Shown piece after piece: positions 54,506-63,266 of a DNA stretch of 63,266 bases. This DNA comes from a virus. Its lineage: Duplodnaviria; Caudoviricetes. The notes below the pieces were generated by a model that was not told the DNA's origin, did no database searches, and worked only from the letters and a program-made list of their open reading frames with translations. The position numbers and the translations under genes are program-made. Position 1 is the first letter of the stretch; every line of letters starts with the position of its first letter. Location of the stretch: positions 1-63,266 of the IMG/VR virus record IMGVR_UViG_3300045970_000244. One strand, written 5' to 3'.

Positions 54506-54996
54506 GGAATATCCTCCTGAATGTCGATTCTTGCTTCAAGTGCCGTCGCATCAAGCTCGGCCACAATCTCTTCGCTCCCAACGCCGACCATTACTTCAAG
54601 TGCTAGGGCCTCAAGTTCGGCGGTGATCTCCAACCCTTGGGCAACAGCAACAGAAAGTTGTCCGCTGATTTCAAGTTCGGCAATGACTTCGACCTTGTTT
54701 TCAATGGTTGTTGGCGTGAGGTCGGCAGGGAGTTGAAACGAAATTCGCTTGTCGGCGACGTGGACTTCTGTTGGCGAGAAGATTCGCGCGATCCACTCGC
54801 CCTCTGGGTCTGAGGTTGTCGTTGGTAGGGTGGCCTCATACAAGCCTTGAAAGCCCGGCTCCGTCATCTCAGCCATGGGCAGGGTGGCCGCTATGCTCAA
54901 ATCTGGGCGAAGCACGCGGCAGAAGACGTCCGTAAGGCCGGACACCATGTTCTTCGATTCGTAGCAGATTCTGAACGGCACCCCAAGATTTGCCAA
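54502..54996 (-). CDS. Putative virion protein (Ig-like N-terminus, acidic C-terminus)
   Basis: Paralogous to 56252 and 55088 N-termini (GL..V...E....G.Y). Confidence 0.6.
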   Translation of the reverse strand: MANLGVPFRICYESKNMVSGLTDVFCRVLRPDLSIAATLPMAEMTEPGFQGLYEATLPTTTSDPEGEWIARIFSPTEVHVADKRISFQLPADLTPTTIENKVEVIAELEISGQLSVAVAQGLEITAELEALALEVMVGVGSEEIVAELDATALEARIDIQEDIP

Positions 54997-55026
54997 TCTT
55001 TCCCCTTTTGCTCCATCCTACCTGAA

Positions 55027-55066
55027 GTTGGCCGAGAGGCCCAACAGTAGAACCCCTCGGCCCAAG
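55027..55066 (-). terminator. Inverted repeat, possible terminator or processing stem
   Basis: GGCCGAGAGG ... CCTCGGCC in intergenic gap; no clear U tail. Confidence 0.35.
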
Positions 55067-55087
55067 CACTTCAGACGTTGAGCAATA

Positions 55088-56236
55088 TTAGACCGCCATG
55101 CCGCCGGAGTATACCCGGTCGGACAACGCCTTCAGGCTGTCGGTTCCAGTTGCGAACCCGGTGCCCTTCACCAGACCGAGGTCGGTCAGGGCGTTGCCTA
55201 CGGCCGTCTGAATTGCCAGTTGCAGGGTGTTGGCGGCGGCCAACCCGATGGTTCCATCGCCGATTTTGTCGGTCTGGACCTTGATCGCGTCCTGCACTGC
55301 CTTCGCTGCCGCAAGGCCATACGAGGCACTGTTGATTTTCGTCTGGATGTCCGTGGTCTGCGTCAGAACGCTCTGCGCTGTCGTCTCAAGGGCGAACCCG
55401 CTTGCCGAGACGTCCGTTTCGAGCGTGGCTGCACGACTCTGATTGAACGGGCTGCTGCTCACGGCGTACACGAACTCAAACAGCAACTCTTCGATCACTG
55501 CGGTCGAGGCCACAACGAGGTCGATGTGGTAAACGCCGAGAGCGTCGCGAACAGCCGGGGCCGTTCCGCCGCTGTAGCCGGTTAACATCGCACCGCGATC
55601 GGTTCCCGAAACGTTCTTCAACGAAACGAGGATCGACTGTGAATCCGGGTCTGCCATCTGCCCTTGGGCGTTGAAGATGCGGACAGGGATTCGGTACGTC
55701 TTCGAGCCGGAGGTCGGAACGACGAGGTCGTCGGGAATGTCAGCCGAAAAACTGACATTGTTCTGAATTGAACCGACGGCGCTCTGAACAGACGCGATGG
55801 CCGACATGATCGACGCAAGGCTGTTCGGACCAGTTTCCAAGTCACCCTTGACGGCCGTGATCTTGGTGTTGCTGTCCAAGCCGGTTGACTTGATCGAGGC
55901 GATTTCTGTGTCCTGAGTACCTAAGTGAGTATTGATGTCCTCAAAAGTCAGGTCAGATATCTTCTCCTTGTAGGCGGCGGGAGCTGGTTTTGTCGCAGAA
56001 TTGATAACGGCTTCGACCGTATCCCCGACAACCGCGCCCCAACCAGTGAGGGTTGAAGCAGCAATGTCAACGTAGTAAATGCCGGGTGCGTTCGTGGCGT
56101 CGAGTTCTGAAAGCGTCAGGGCAGAGCCGCCGACCGCTTTCGGTACTTCGTTTACATAAATCTGAGCCTTTACGTTCGCTAGTCCTGTGGTGAACTCTCT
56201 CGACGAGTACAGTATTCTAATCGTTTTCAGTGCCAT
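55088..56236 (-). CDS. Putative virion fibre/appendage protein
   Basis: Two Ig-like segments separated by coiled coil; AAGGAG RBS. Confidence 0.65.
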   Translation of the reverse strand: MALKTIRILYSSREFTTGLANVKAQIYVNEVPKAVGGSALTLSELDATNAPGIYYVDIAASTLTGWGAVVGDTVEAVINSATKPAPAAYKEKISDLTFEDINTHLGTQDTEIASIKSTGLDSNTKITAVKGDLETGPNSLASIMSAIASVQSAVGSIQNNVSFSADIPDDLVVPTSGSKTYRIPVRIFNAQGQMADPDSQSILVSLKNVSGTDRGAMLTGYSGGTAPAVRDALGVYHIDLVVASTAVIEELLFEFVYAVSSSPFNQSRAATLETDVSASGFALETTAQSVLTQTTDIQTKINSASYGLAAAKAVQDAIKVQTDKIGDGTIGLAAANTLQLAIQTAVGNALTDLGLVKGTGFATGTDSLKALSDRVYSGGMAV

Positions 56237-56251
56237 TTTAGCTCCTTGTTT

Positions 56252-56554
56252 TTAGGTTGTTCGTCCAGAGGACATTGCAACATCAGATTCAGTATCCTCG
56301 ACATCAAAGAACTCATCCGTGACCTTGTCGGATTCTGTGTACACCGCAAGGCAATGACGTTTTGTTGGAAGTCCGCCGCTCCAAATATATCGGTAGAAAC
56401 CTGCGAAAACTTCACTGAGTGCCGTTGACGGCAGCAAAACTTCCCCGGTGTGTCCGTCGTACACAGTCACCGTCACACTGAGTCCAGAGACCGGAAGCCC
56501 TAGCTGAATTTTTCGGTAAACCAAAGGGATGTCGTCGTTGATCTGAACGATCAT
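56252..56554 (-). CDS. Putative virion Ig-like protein
   Basis: SGLSVTVTVYD...LSEV..GFY.Y. Confidence 0.6.
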   Translation of the reverse strand: MIVQINDDIPLVYRKIQLGLPVSGLSVTVTVYDGHTGEVLLPSTALSEVFAGFYRYIWSGGLPTKRHCLAVYTESDKVTDEFFDVEDTESDVAMSSGRTT

Positions 56555-57042
56555 AGGCCGACCTTTCCAGCTTGAATTTTCAAATAGAGCTTATAAGGCG
56601 AAACCATTGACAGATCACCAAGCGTCTCTTTGTCGAGCACCTGTTTGGGCAGGGTTCCGGCCATCTCAGTGCAGATTTCCGAGGCCGAAGACGCCCAACG
56701 GTTCACGGCAGGGATAGGAATGTTGAACAGTTTCCAGATCAAAGCCCGCCACATGAAGTAACAAAACGCGCCGTAATCGTAGTTTTGGCCGTCGTACTGC
56801 GGAATGAGCCCCTCGTAAATGCGTTCTTCTTCTTCAAGGGGCAAAGGGATCTCGACCGTGTACACTATTTTTGCTGACCCAGACGAAAACCTCTTGAGCG
56901 ATTCCATGTGAACGCCAAGCAAGTTCGAGTGAAACACGAGAAAGTCGTCGAACACGATGGCGAAGTGGCTCACCGGCTCATTCAATCCCCAGCGGATGAG
57001 GACCGAGAGGGGAGCTGAACTCTTCGTCCAAATGAGCTTCAT
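56551..57042 (-). CDS. Permuted papain-like (NlpC/P60) amidase
   Basis: S..IRW....VSHFAI (His first), YD, and ICTE (Cys last). Confidence 0.7.
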   Translation of the reverse strand: MKLIWTKSSAPLSVLIRWGLNEPVSHFAIVFDDFLVFHSNLLGVHMESLKRFSSGSAKIVYTVEIPLPLEEEERIYEGLIPQYDGQNYDYGAFCYFMWRALIWKLFNIPIPAVNRWASSASEICTEMAGTLPKQVLDKETLGDLSMVSPYKLYLKIQAGKVGL

Positions 57043-57455
57043 GTGCGCGCCATCCCCAAGTAGTCTTGTATTTTGTGACGGAAGTCTGTGATTTTCGATT
57101 CAGTGACAACGACGCCGTCTGGAACAATATTCGCCACCTCATCGAGAGCGACGTAAAGTGAGCCAGAAAGCAAAGCAGCTTGAACGTCGGCGGTCACTAG
57201 CATCACCTGTTTGACCTGAGCAAGCGTCAGGCCAGAAACGATGTTCGAAGCGCCGTACTCTGCCATGAGGTTCTTACCGAAGTCCATTGCAGAAAGAACT
57301 CTGGTCTTGACGTAGCCAACCATGTCGGCCTGCGGGCTCGGTGTTCCTCCGTTGAAAAACGCCTGAAGCGCCGCCTTCTCGTAATCCGTCATCGCGGCCG
57401 TTGCGGCGTCAAACTCAACCTGCGTTCTGATGATCTGCCCGTTTATGTTGATCAT
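57039..57455 (-). CDS. Hypothetical protein, possible fibre chaperone
   Basis: Directly downstream of long fibre gene, ATGA coupled. Confidence 0.6.
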   Translation of the reverse strand: MININGQIIRTQVEFDAATAAMTDYEKAALQAFFNGGTPSPQADMVGYVKTRVLSAMDFGKNLMAEYGASNIVSGLTLAQVKQVMLVTADVQAALLSGSLYVALDEVANIVPDGVVVTESKITDFRHKIQDYLGMART

Positions 57456-59944
57456 GCGACCTTCTCAATCTTCAGGACTGCCCCAGCGCGAATCGAAACG
57501 GCCGTGCCGGTTTCTGACCTGATTTGAATTGCCACGGTTCCAGCGACCGAAACCGTGAATGCACCACGCCCCGTATTGACGGCGTCCGCGTTGGCCGTTG
57601 CTGCAGCCGTCGATGTGACGTTGGTCGTCGCCGTGAGCTGTTGATATTGGAACGTAGCCGTTGTTCCATCGGCGGCCTGACCCAACCACCAACGACCAAA
57701 GCACTGTGACAACGTGGCCGTGACAGCACCAATACGAATGCCCCAACCGGTGGTAGTGTTCGTGGTCTGCATCAGAGCGTCGAACTCCCACTTGTAGACG
57801 CCGGGCTGAAGAATAGGTGTGATGAGTTCGGTGACGTTCGCATACGTCGTGGAAGTGGAGCTCTGGACGATTGTCGTGACTTCGGAAACGTTTCCGTCGA
57901 GCTTGGCCTTATCTGCTCCGCTCATTAACCCAGAGGCACCACCAGAGACCGCATCTGGGATGATGTCGCTCCCACCAGTGACGTGATTAGCGGCGTGAGC
58001 AGTTGGCGTGCGGGCGTCGGAGAGCCGTGAATCATTACCTTGGCAAACGGTGCTCACCGCCGATCCGAACGGAATTTCAGAGGCGAGGTGCTTTGAGGCC
58101 GCCGTCAACGAGGCATACCCGCTGGCCGCACCCTTGCTGGCGGCGTTTTCGGGAGTGAACCCGAGCGCGTTTTGCTTGGCGTTCCAAGTTGTTTTCTCGG
58201 TGTCAGTGACGAACCTGAATGATGCCGACTGAGTGATGTTCGCGGGATTCGTCGTATCTACGTTCAGGACGTTGCCCAGACCGATGGCGAGCCTGTCCAA
58301 GTTCTGCCACGTCTTATCTCCACGCCAATATTGGGCCGTGCTCCCTGCTGTGATCGAACCCTCTTTAGCGTTAAGGGCAGTCTGTGTGGCCGTGGATATG
58401 GGCTTACTGAGATCGGTCGTGTTATCGACGTTTCCGAGGCCAACAGAGGCTTTGTCGTGGGCTTGCCACGTCTTGTCGCCCCTCCAGTATTGCGCGGTTG
58501 TCCCGGCAGCGATGCTTGCCTCTTTGCCGTTCAACGCCGTTTGGGTCGCGGTGGAGATGGGCTTGTTCAGATCAGTGGTGTTGTCGACATTTGCAAGACC
58601 TACGGCCGTCTTATCGAGGAGCTGCCATGTTTTGTCCCCGCGCCAGTATTGGCTCGTGGCTCCCGCTGTGATGCTGGCTTCTTTCCCGTTGAGAGCTGTC
58701 TGGGTCGCTGTGGAAATTGGTTTGCTCAAGTCGCTCGTATTGTCGACGCTTCCCAAGCCAACGTCTGCCTTCGCGAGTACGACCGCGCCCGTTCTTCCGG
58801 CTACGCTCTGAACAGGTGCGGCGGCGGCTGCTCTTATGTTCGTGAAGTAAAGATTTGTGCTGCCCTCTGGGACGGCGTCAGTGCTGCCCGGGCTCGGCGA
58901 GATTTCGATATAGGCCGAACCGCTCCATCGATAAGTTTTGTTTGAGTCCAAGGCGACGTAGATTTTTGCGTTCTCACCGGTGCCCGGGAATGCCGCAAGG
59001 TTTGCGAACTCCAACACGTCATCAACGAACGACGGCAAGTAGATCGCCGCGATCTTCGAGGTTGCATCGAGCGGGCAAACCCCGCTGGCTGCGCCCTTCT
59101 CCGAGGCATTGAGCTTCAAGCTCAAAGCTGTCTGAGTTGCGGTCGAGACCGGCTTGTTCACGTCCGAAGTGTCGTCGACGTTTCCAAGGCCAACGGCGCT
59201 CTTGTCTAGAGTTTGCCAAGACTTATCACCGCGCCAATATTGAGAGGTGGTTCCGGCGACAATCGTCGGCTCTTTCGCATTCAGTGCGGTCTGGGTGGGC
59301 GTTGAAATCGGCTTACTGAGGTCGCTGGTGTTGTCGACGTTCGAAAGCCCAACTGCGGCCTTGTCTAAGGCGGCCCAGATCTTGTCCCCGCGCCAGTATT
59401 GAGCCGTGGTGCCCGAAGCGATGGCGGATTCTTTGCTGTTCCAAGTGGTTTTTTCGGCGTCCGAAACAAAACGGTGCGTGGCGTCTTGGGTGATGTTCGC
59501 CGGATTACTGGTGTCTAGGTTCGGCACGCTTGAGAGGCCGACGGCCGCTTTGTCCAAAGTCTGCCAGCTTTTGTCGCCGCGCCAATACTGGCTCGTCGTT
59601 CCGGCCGAGATCGCGGCCTCCTTCGCGTTCCAAGCCACCTTCTCGGCATCTGTCACAAAGCGATGTGTCAGGTCTTGTGTGATGTTCGACGGGTTTGTGG
59701 AATCTGCGTTCGGTACGTTGGAAAGACCGATGTCGGCCTTGGTGAGAACGACGTCCACGCTGAGGGCGTGACCGTTGACCGTCCGCGAGACAGGCACGGC
59801 TTCGGTCGAGGCCAAGAACTCAACCTCAGCAAGAGTGTCGCCGTCTTTGCGCCAAAAGGTTCCGTCCGGCTTAATGTAGAGGCCGACGGTGCCAGCCGGA
59901 GGATTGATTGTTGGGACTTCTTTTGTCAAAACTAGATCGCTCAT
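57452..59944 (-). CDS. Long tail fibre with QYWRGDK repeats
   Basis: Six KE..I..G.T.QYWRGDK.W...DK..VGL.NV units; LPSFVDDVLE...YRWSGSAY.EI knob motif. Confidence 0.9.
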   Translation of the reverse strand: MSDLVLTKEVPTINPPAGTVGLYIKPDGTFWRKDGDTLAEVEFLASTEAVPVSRTVNGHALSVDVVLTKADIGLSNVPNADSTNPSNITQDLTHRFVTDAEKVAWNAKEAAISAGTTSQYWRGDKSWQTLDKAAVGLSSVPNLDTSNPANITQDATHRFVSDAEKTTWNSKESAIASGTTAQYWRGDKIWAALDKAAVGLSNVDNTSDLSKPISTPTQTALNAKEPTIVAGTTSQYWRGDKSWQTLDKSAVGLGNVDDTSDVNKPVSTATQTALSLKLNASEKGAASGVCPLDATSKIAAIYLPSFVDDVLEFANLAAFPGTGENAKIYVALDSNKTYRWSGSAYIEISPSPGSTDAVPEGSTNLYFTNIRAAAAAPVQSVAGRTGAVVLAKADVGLGSVDNTSDLSKPISTATQTALNGKEASITAGATSQYWRGDKTWQLLDKTAVGLANVDNTTDLNKPISTATQTALNGKEASIAAGTTAQYWRGDKTWQAHDKASVGLGNVDNTTDLSKPISTATQTALNAKEGSITAGSTAQYWRGDKTWQNLDRLAIGLGNVLNVDTTNPANITQSASFRFVTDTEKTTWNAKQNALGFTPENAASKGAASGYASLTAASKHLASEIPFGSAVSTVCQGNDSRLSDARTPTAHAANHVTGGSDIIPDAVSGGASGLMSGADKAKLDGNVSEVTTIVQSSTSTTYANVTELITPILQPGVYKWEFDALMQTTNTTTGWGIRIGAVTATLSQCFGRWWLGQAADGTTATFQYQQLTATTNVTSTAAATANADAVNTGRGAFTVSVAGTVAIQIRSETGTAVSIRAGAVLKIEKVA

Positions 59945-60201
59945 AGAACTCTAACCCTTCCATTGACGACGAGACGCCCGCCGGCTGCTATCGTCAGACG
60001 CTGAAACAAAATCATCTGCCTGTGCAGAGGAACGGTGTATGTGCCTTGAATGTAGTCCGGTGGCAGGCTGCCGCTGGACGTTCCGGGCGCCGTGTCTCTG
60101 GCCTCAACGATTGCGGCCTTGACGCTGGCCGATGAAAACCCTGCCGGAGCGTCAGAAAATGTGATTTCTTCGGCATCGAGAATCTTATTTGACGCGCCCA
60201 T
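59941..60201 (-). CDS. Small virion protein
   Basis: A.EI.F....GF....V.AAI.EA; TVP..RQM......L....L...G motif. Confidence 0.6.
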   Translation of the reverse strand: MGASNKILDAEEITFSDAPAGFSSASVKAAIVEARDTAPGTSSGSLPPDYIQGTYTVPLHRQMILFQRLTIAAGGRLVVNGRVRVL

Positions 60202-60221
60202 CGTTCCTCGCTGTAGCCTTC

Positions 60222-60250
60222 AGTCTACCGGCCTATGGTGGCGCTGTAAA
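60222..60250 (-). promoter_or_regulatory. Sigma70-like internal promoter for the second fibre/lysis block
   Basis: TTTACA-17-TAGACT on minus strand. Confidence 0.5.
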
Positions 60251-60260
60251 ACGGCAAGTT

Positions 60261-60494
60261 CTACCGTGAAATCTCTTTACGCAGCGCGATTATCTCGGTC
60301 TGAAGCGACTTTACCTGTGTCTCGACAACATCCCGCCAGTATTCATTGAGTTCGTGAATCTGCTGGAACAGGAACAGGTCAGCCGGACGAAGCTCTGATG
60401 GCAGGTCGTGCTTCCGGCACCAGTAAACAAAGGCCATGCACGCCTTGCGCTGTTCCTCAGAATCCCACTTGATTGTTTCTAGGAACTCGTTCAT
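60261..60494 (-). CDS. Hypothetical protein
   Basis: ATGA coupled. Confidence 0.6.
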   Translation of the reverse strand: MNEFLETIKWDSEEQRKACMAFVYWCRKHDLPSELRPADLFLFQQIHELNEYWRDVVETQVKSLQTEIIALRKEISR

Positions 60495-61045
60495 TGGCCC
60501 TTCTTTCTTAGGCTTATGGCCTTTCCAATCTCTTCCAGCCCGGATTCGATCAGCTTGATCTTCCCAAACGCCTGAACGACGTCCTCGTTTACCTTCTGGA
60601 CGGCTTTGTACAGGGTCTTGGTGCCAACCACAATGGCCGCGATCTTCTCCTCAACCGTGGGCAGCCTCTCAAGCCTCGGGGCCAGTTCCGACATCTTCTG
60701 GTAGGTGAAGTCAACCTTCGGAATGATTGAAATCACGTCGGCGTTCATCTCGTGGACCTTAGTCGTGAACTCAACGAACAGCTCAGAAGTCTTGGTTTGG
60801 GTCTTGGCCGATTCTTCTTGAACGGCTTTGTGGACGTCGCGCAGTTCGTCTTTCACCACCTCGAACTCTGTGGCGATGTGGTCGATGCGCTGGTGCATAC
60901 GAATGTGAGCATTTGCATTGTCGTTGTATGTTTTCTTCAGGAAGTAAAGCACTGCGACGCCCAAGAAGGTCAGGATCGAGGTCGACCCACCGAGCATCCA
61001 CCAGAGAATGGAGTTGTTGATCAGAATGCCGTCTTCGTGCGCCAC
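60491..61045 (-). CDS. Single-TM coiled-coil membrane protein (holin/spanin-like)
   Basis: WWMLGG...LGVAVLYFLKK TM followed by long coiled coil. Confidence 0.65.
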   Translation of the reverse strand: MAHEDGILINNSILWWMLGGSTSILTFLGVAVLYFLKKTYNDNANAHIRMHQRIDHIATEFEVVKDELRDVHKAVQEESAKTQTKTSELFVEFTTKVHEMNADVISIIPKVDFTYQKMSELAPRLERLPTVEEKIAAIVVGTKTLYKAVQKVNEDVVQAFGKIKLIESGLEEIGKAISLRKKGQ

Positions 61046-61047
61046 GT

Positions 61048-61761
61048 TTATGCCTTCAGTCTCACCCTAGCAAACGGGTGGTTCTCTCCAAAGGGAATAG
61101 AAAGCATTTTGCCCACGGTGCCGTAGGTGTCGTTGAACTTCTTTCGCCAAAGGGCCAGCGCCGGGTCGATCTTCGGGCCGCGTGCCACCCAAGACATGAG
61201 CAAGGTCATCATCTTTCCGCTGATGTCGTCGCTCTTGGTGTCGAGCTTGATGTGTTGGGTGAGGAGCCACTCGTCCAAATTTGAGAGAGGTTCTTTGGAG
61301 CTGCACCGGTAAAAGGCCGGGATGCCCACAAACTTCCCGTGCCATGCCGACCACTTATGCCTGATCCAAGCAAAAGGGCTTCCAATTTGGAACGGCATCG
61401 GCTCGTTGTTATAGCTCCAATTGTGCTCCGAGCCGTACTTCAGGATCATCTCGGCGTGCGAGGTGTGCATCAGGAACGACGCCGCGCACACGCCAACGTA
61501 GTCATCTCGGCTTTCGAGGTCTGTTTTGGTTGGTGATCGCTTCAGGAGGCCGTACTCCTTCATGCATGGCTGGACGGTTTGGCAAAAGCGAGAAACATCC
61601 TCTGAGGTGATTTCGCCAAGCTGGTAGAGGATTCCGTAAAAGAGACCGGCGTGTAAAAGTCCATTCCCCGTTGAATCAATAGAAGGATCGCGATCCCGAG
61701 TCACAAGACCGCGATCCATGTAGTGTTCGATGATCTCAGTCTTGAAACCTTCCAACACCAA
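61048..61761 (-). CDS. Hypothetical all-alpha enzyme-like protein
   Basis: DSTGNGLL...G...RSP....SRDDY.G motifs; AAGGAG RBS. Confidence 0.65.
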   Translation of the reverse strand: MVLEGFKTEIIEHYMDRGLVTRDRDPSIDSTGNGLLHAGLFYGILYQLGEITSEDVSRFCQTVQPCMKEYGLLKRSPTKTDLESRDDYVGVCAASFLMHTSHAEMILKYGSEHNWSYNNEPMPFQIGSPFAWIRHKWSAWHGKFVGIPAFYRCSSKEPLSNLDEWLLTQHIKLDTKSDDISGKMMTLLMSWVARGPKIDPALALWRKKFNDTYGTVGKMLSIPFGENHPFARVRLKA

Positions 61762-61767
61762 ACTCCT

Positions 61768-63139
61768 TTACGCCTTAGAGAACTGGTGCATGTACCCTTG
61801 GATGCTTGAGTTGTCCCGAGTTGACACCCTGCCGAGCGTTGCCCTGAACTGAGGCTCCGTTCCCGGCGTTGTGAGGTTCAGCTTCAGCTTCAGGATCTGG
61901 TCGTAGCTATCCACCACGGCTTGGTTGTTGAAGCGCGGGATGTAGGCGGGCTGGATAAAGTTCTGACCAGCGGTTGGGCCTGATTGGCCAACCCGGTACT
62001 CGCCCAGAATCTCTGTCCCAAGGTTCATAATGCCGGTGATCGGAGGCTGAGATTTGTAGCCAGAGAAGGCAAACGAAGTTGTCCCCTGAGCAAACTTCAC
62101 ATCGCTGATTTTTCCATAAAATTGGTAAGCCGGATTTGACACTGCGCCAAGACATAATCCCGCAGAGCTGGCTGTTGCGGTTACAGTTTGTTGCGATGAG
62201 TAAGATGTCACCTCAGTGAACGTCGTGAACGGGCTAGTCTCTGCTCGATAAAGACGACAAGTGGTCCCGTCGTATACGACTCGAACTTTGTGGGGCGTTA
62301 AGGGCTCAGTCTTATCATTGGCTTGGATGGTAGCGGTAGGTGCGTTTCCACTTGAAATAACAAATGACAAATACCCGCTACTCAGAAAACCCCAATGCCA
62401 AGCAGTTCCGATGGTATTATAGGTCGAAAGTATGACCTGCGCGGTAGGCTGTGCTCCGGGAGAAGTCAGGCCACTCAGATGAATCATTGCTTCCATCACG
62501 AATGGTTTCCCCACTACCAAATTATAAATGCTACAGTTATTATACAGGACGTATTGGTTTGAACCGTTGAAGCTCATGCTTCCGTTTTGAAAATTCGCAT
62601 CAGGTACGTTTACGGTAGGCGTCCCAGCATAATTTGGAGTGACATTGGAAAAACCGCTTCGATCCTCCGCTCTGTTTGCAGCGTCCACGACACCAGTGGT
62701 TACGTTGATTCTTGCACATTCCACGCTTCCCGGAGCTGTGGTGAACACGAGATTCGGATCATACTGACTCGGCGCATACCCCGCAATCACAGGAGAAGTG
62801 AGAGCCGACTGGGTTCCACCGTTACCGAAACTCAATACGCGACGGAACGGATGGCCGACATAAGGACGATCTGCATCAGCACTCATCAGTGGCGTCCTTC
62901 GACTTACAATCGCCGCAGTCGTGCTGTCAATCAGTTCGATCTGTGTCTCTTGGTCGTGAATATTTTGACCAGTCCATGAAACAGTCGAATGAAGAGCCTG
63001 ACCAACGTGCGTGACGTACTCGCCGTTGATTTCGAACAGCAGGTCGTGCGTACCACCCAAGTTGGCCCATGCCAAGGTTCCGGAGTTGTAGATTACAGCA
63101 CTGCCCGATGCGTACGCGCTGGTGTTTGACGCATGAAGA
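61768..63139 (-). CDS. 3' part of the origin-spanning fibre protein; concanavalin A/LamG-like lectin domain
   Basis: In frame with 2285-1; SMSFNGSNQY...HKVRVVYDGTTCRLY...FYGKISDVKF is a LamG-like pattern. Confidence 0.8.
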
Positions 63140-63266
63140 TAGATGTAGTTTGTCGCGCTTGTCGGATACGTCGCCTTAATGACTAGCCCATATGTGACAC
63201 CAGAAGTGATTGTGACATTGGCGAAGTTAAAGTAAATCCACTGCCCACCACTTGTTGAGCCACCGG
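63140..63266. repeat. Terminal direct repeat copy 2 (assembly circularisation overlap)
   Basis: Exact copy of 1-127; unique genome length is 63,139 bp. Confidence 0.95.

Noticed and set aside
58200-59600. Fibre repeats as a CRISPR array or DGR template/variable pair
   Set aside because: In-frame coding repeats with synonymous divergence; no reverse transcriptase or cas genes.
63140-63266. 127-bp terminal repeat as a biological terminal repeat
   Set aside because: It lies mid-gene and its length matches a common assembler k-mer; best read as a circularisation overlap.
1-63266. Alternative genetic code or tRNA genes
   Set aside because: Standard code gives full-length genes and dense coding; no tRNA consensus seen.
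1-63266. Host assignment
   Set aside because: Lipoprotein and spanin-like genes suggest a Gram-negative host, but nothing in the sequence identifies the taxon.

Overview
The window is a complete, circularly assembled ~63.1-kb tailed-phage genome (bases 1-127 are repeated exactly at 63140-63266) of contractile-tail (myovirus-type) design. The minus strand carries terminase, portal, MuF, protease polyprotein, scaffold, capsid, neck, sheath/tube, tape measure, baseplate and fibre genes (about 26000 to 1). This block continues across the contig ends into further fibre, virion and lysis genes (63139 to 52481). An early/middle minus-strand block (38223 to 26458) encodes a lambda O/P-style initiator and loader, RecE/RecT-like proteins and SSB. 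A plus-strand block of small accessory genes lies at 45300-52557. I found no DNA polymerase, helicase, integrase, tRNA or CRISPR array. Highlights: (1) a 7-gene DNA hypermodification island at 38988-45190 (TET/JBP dioxygenase, P-loop kinase, amino acid:DNA transferase, radical SAM, PLP enzyme, two ParB-like proteins) with no dUMP hydroxymethylase or cytosine methylase, implying a wholly post-replicative thymine pathway; (2) a prohead-protease polyprotein carrying methyltransferase and GNAT cargo and a peptide that copies the major capsid protein N-terminus; (3) an intact HNH gene nested out of frame inside recT, plus a second dual-coded locus; (4) two large, pseudoknotted non-coding RNA candidates upstream of terS and of the replication initiator. 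All product calls come from motif recognition and synteny. No database searches or folding programs were run.
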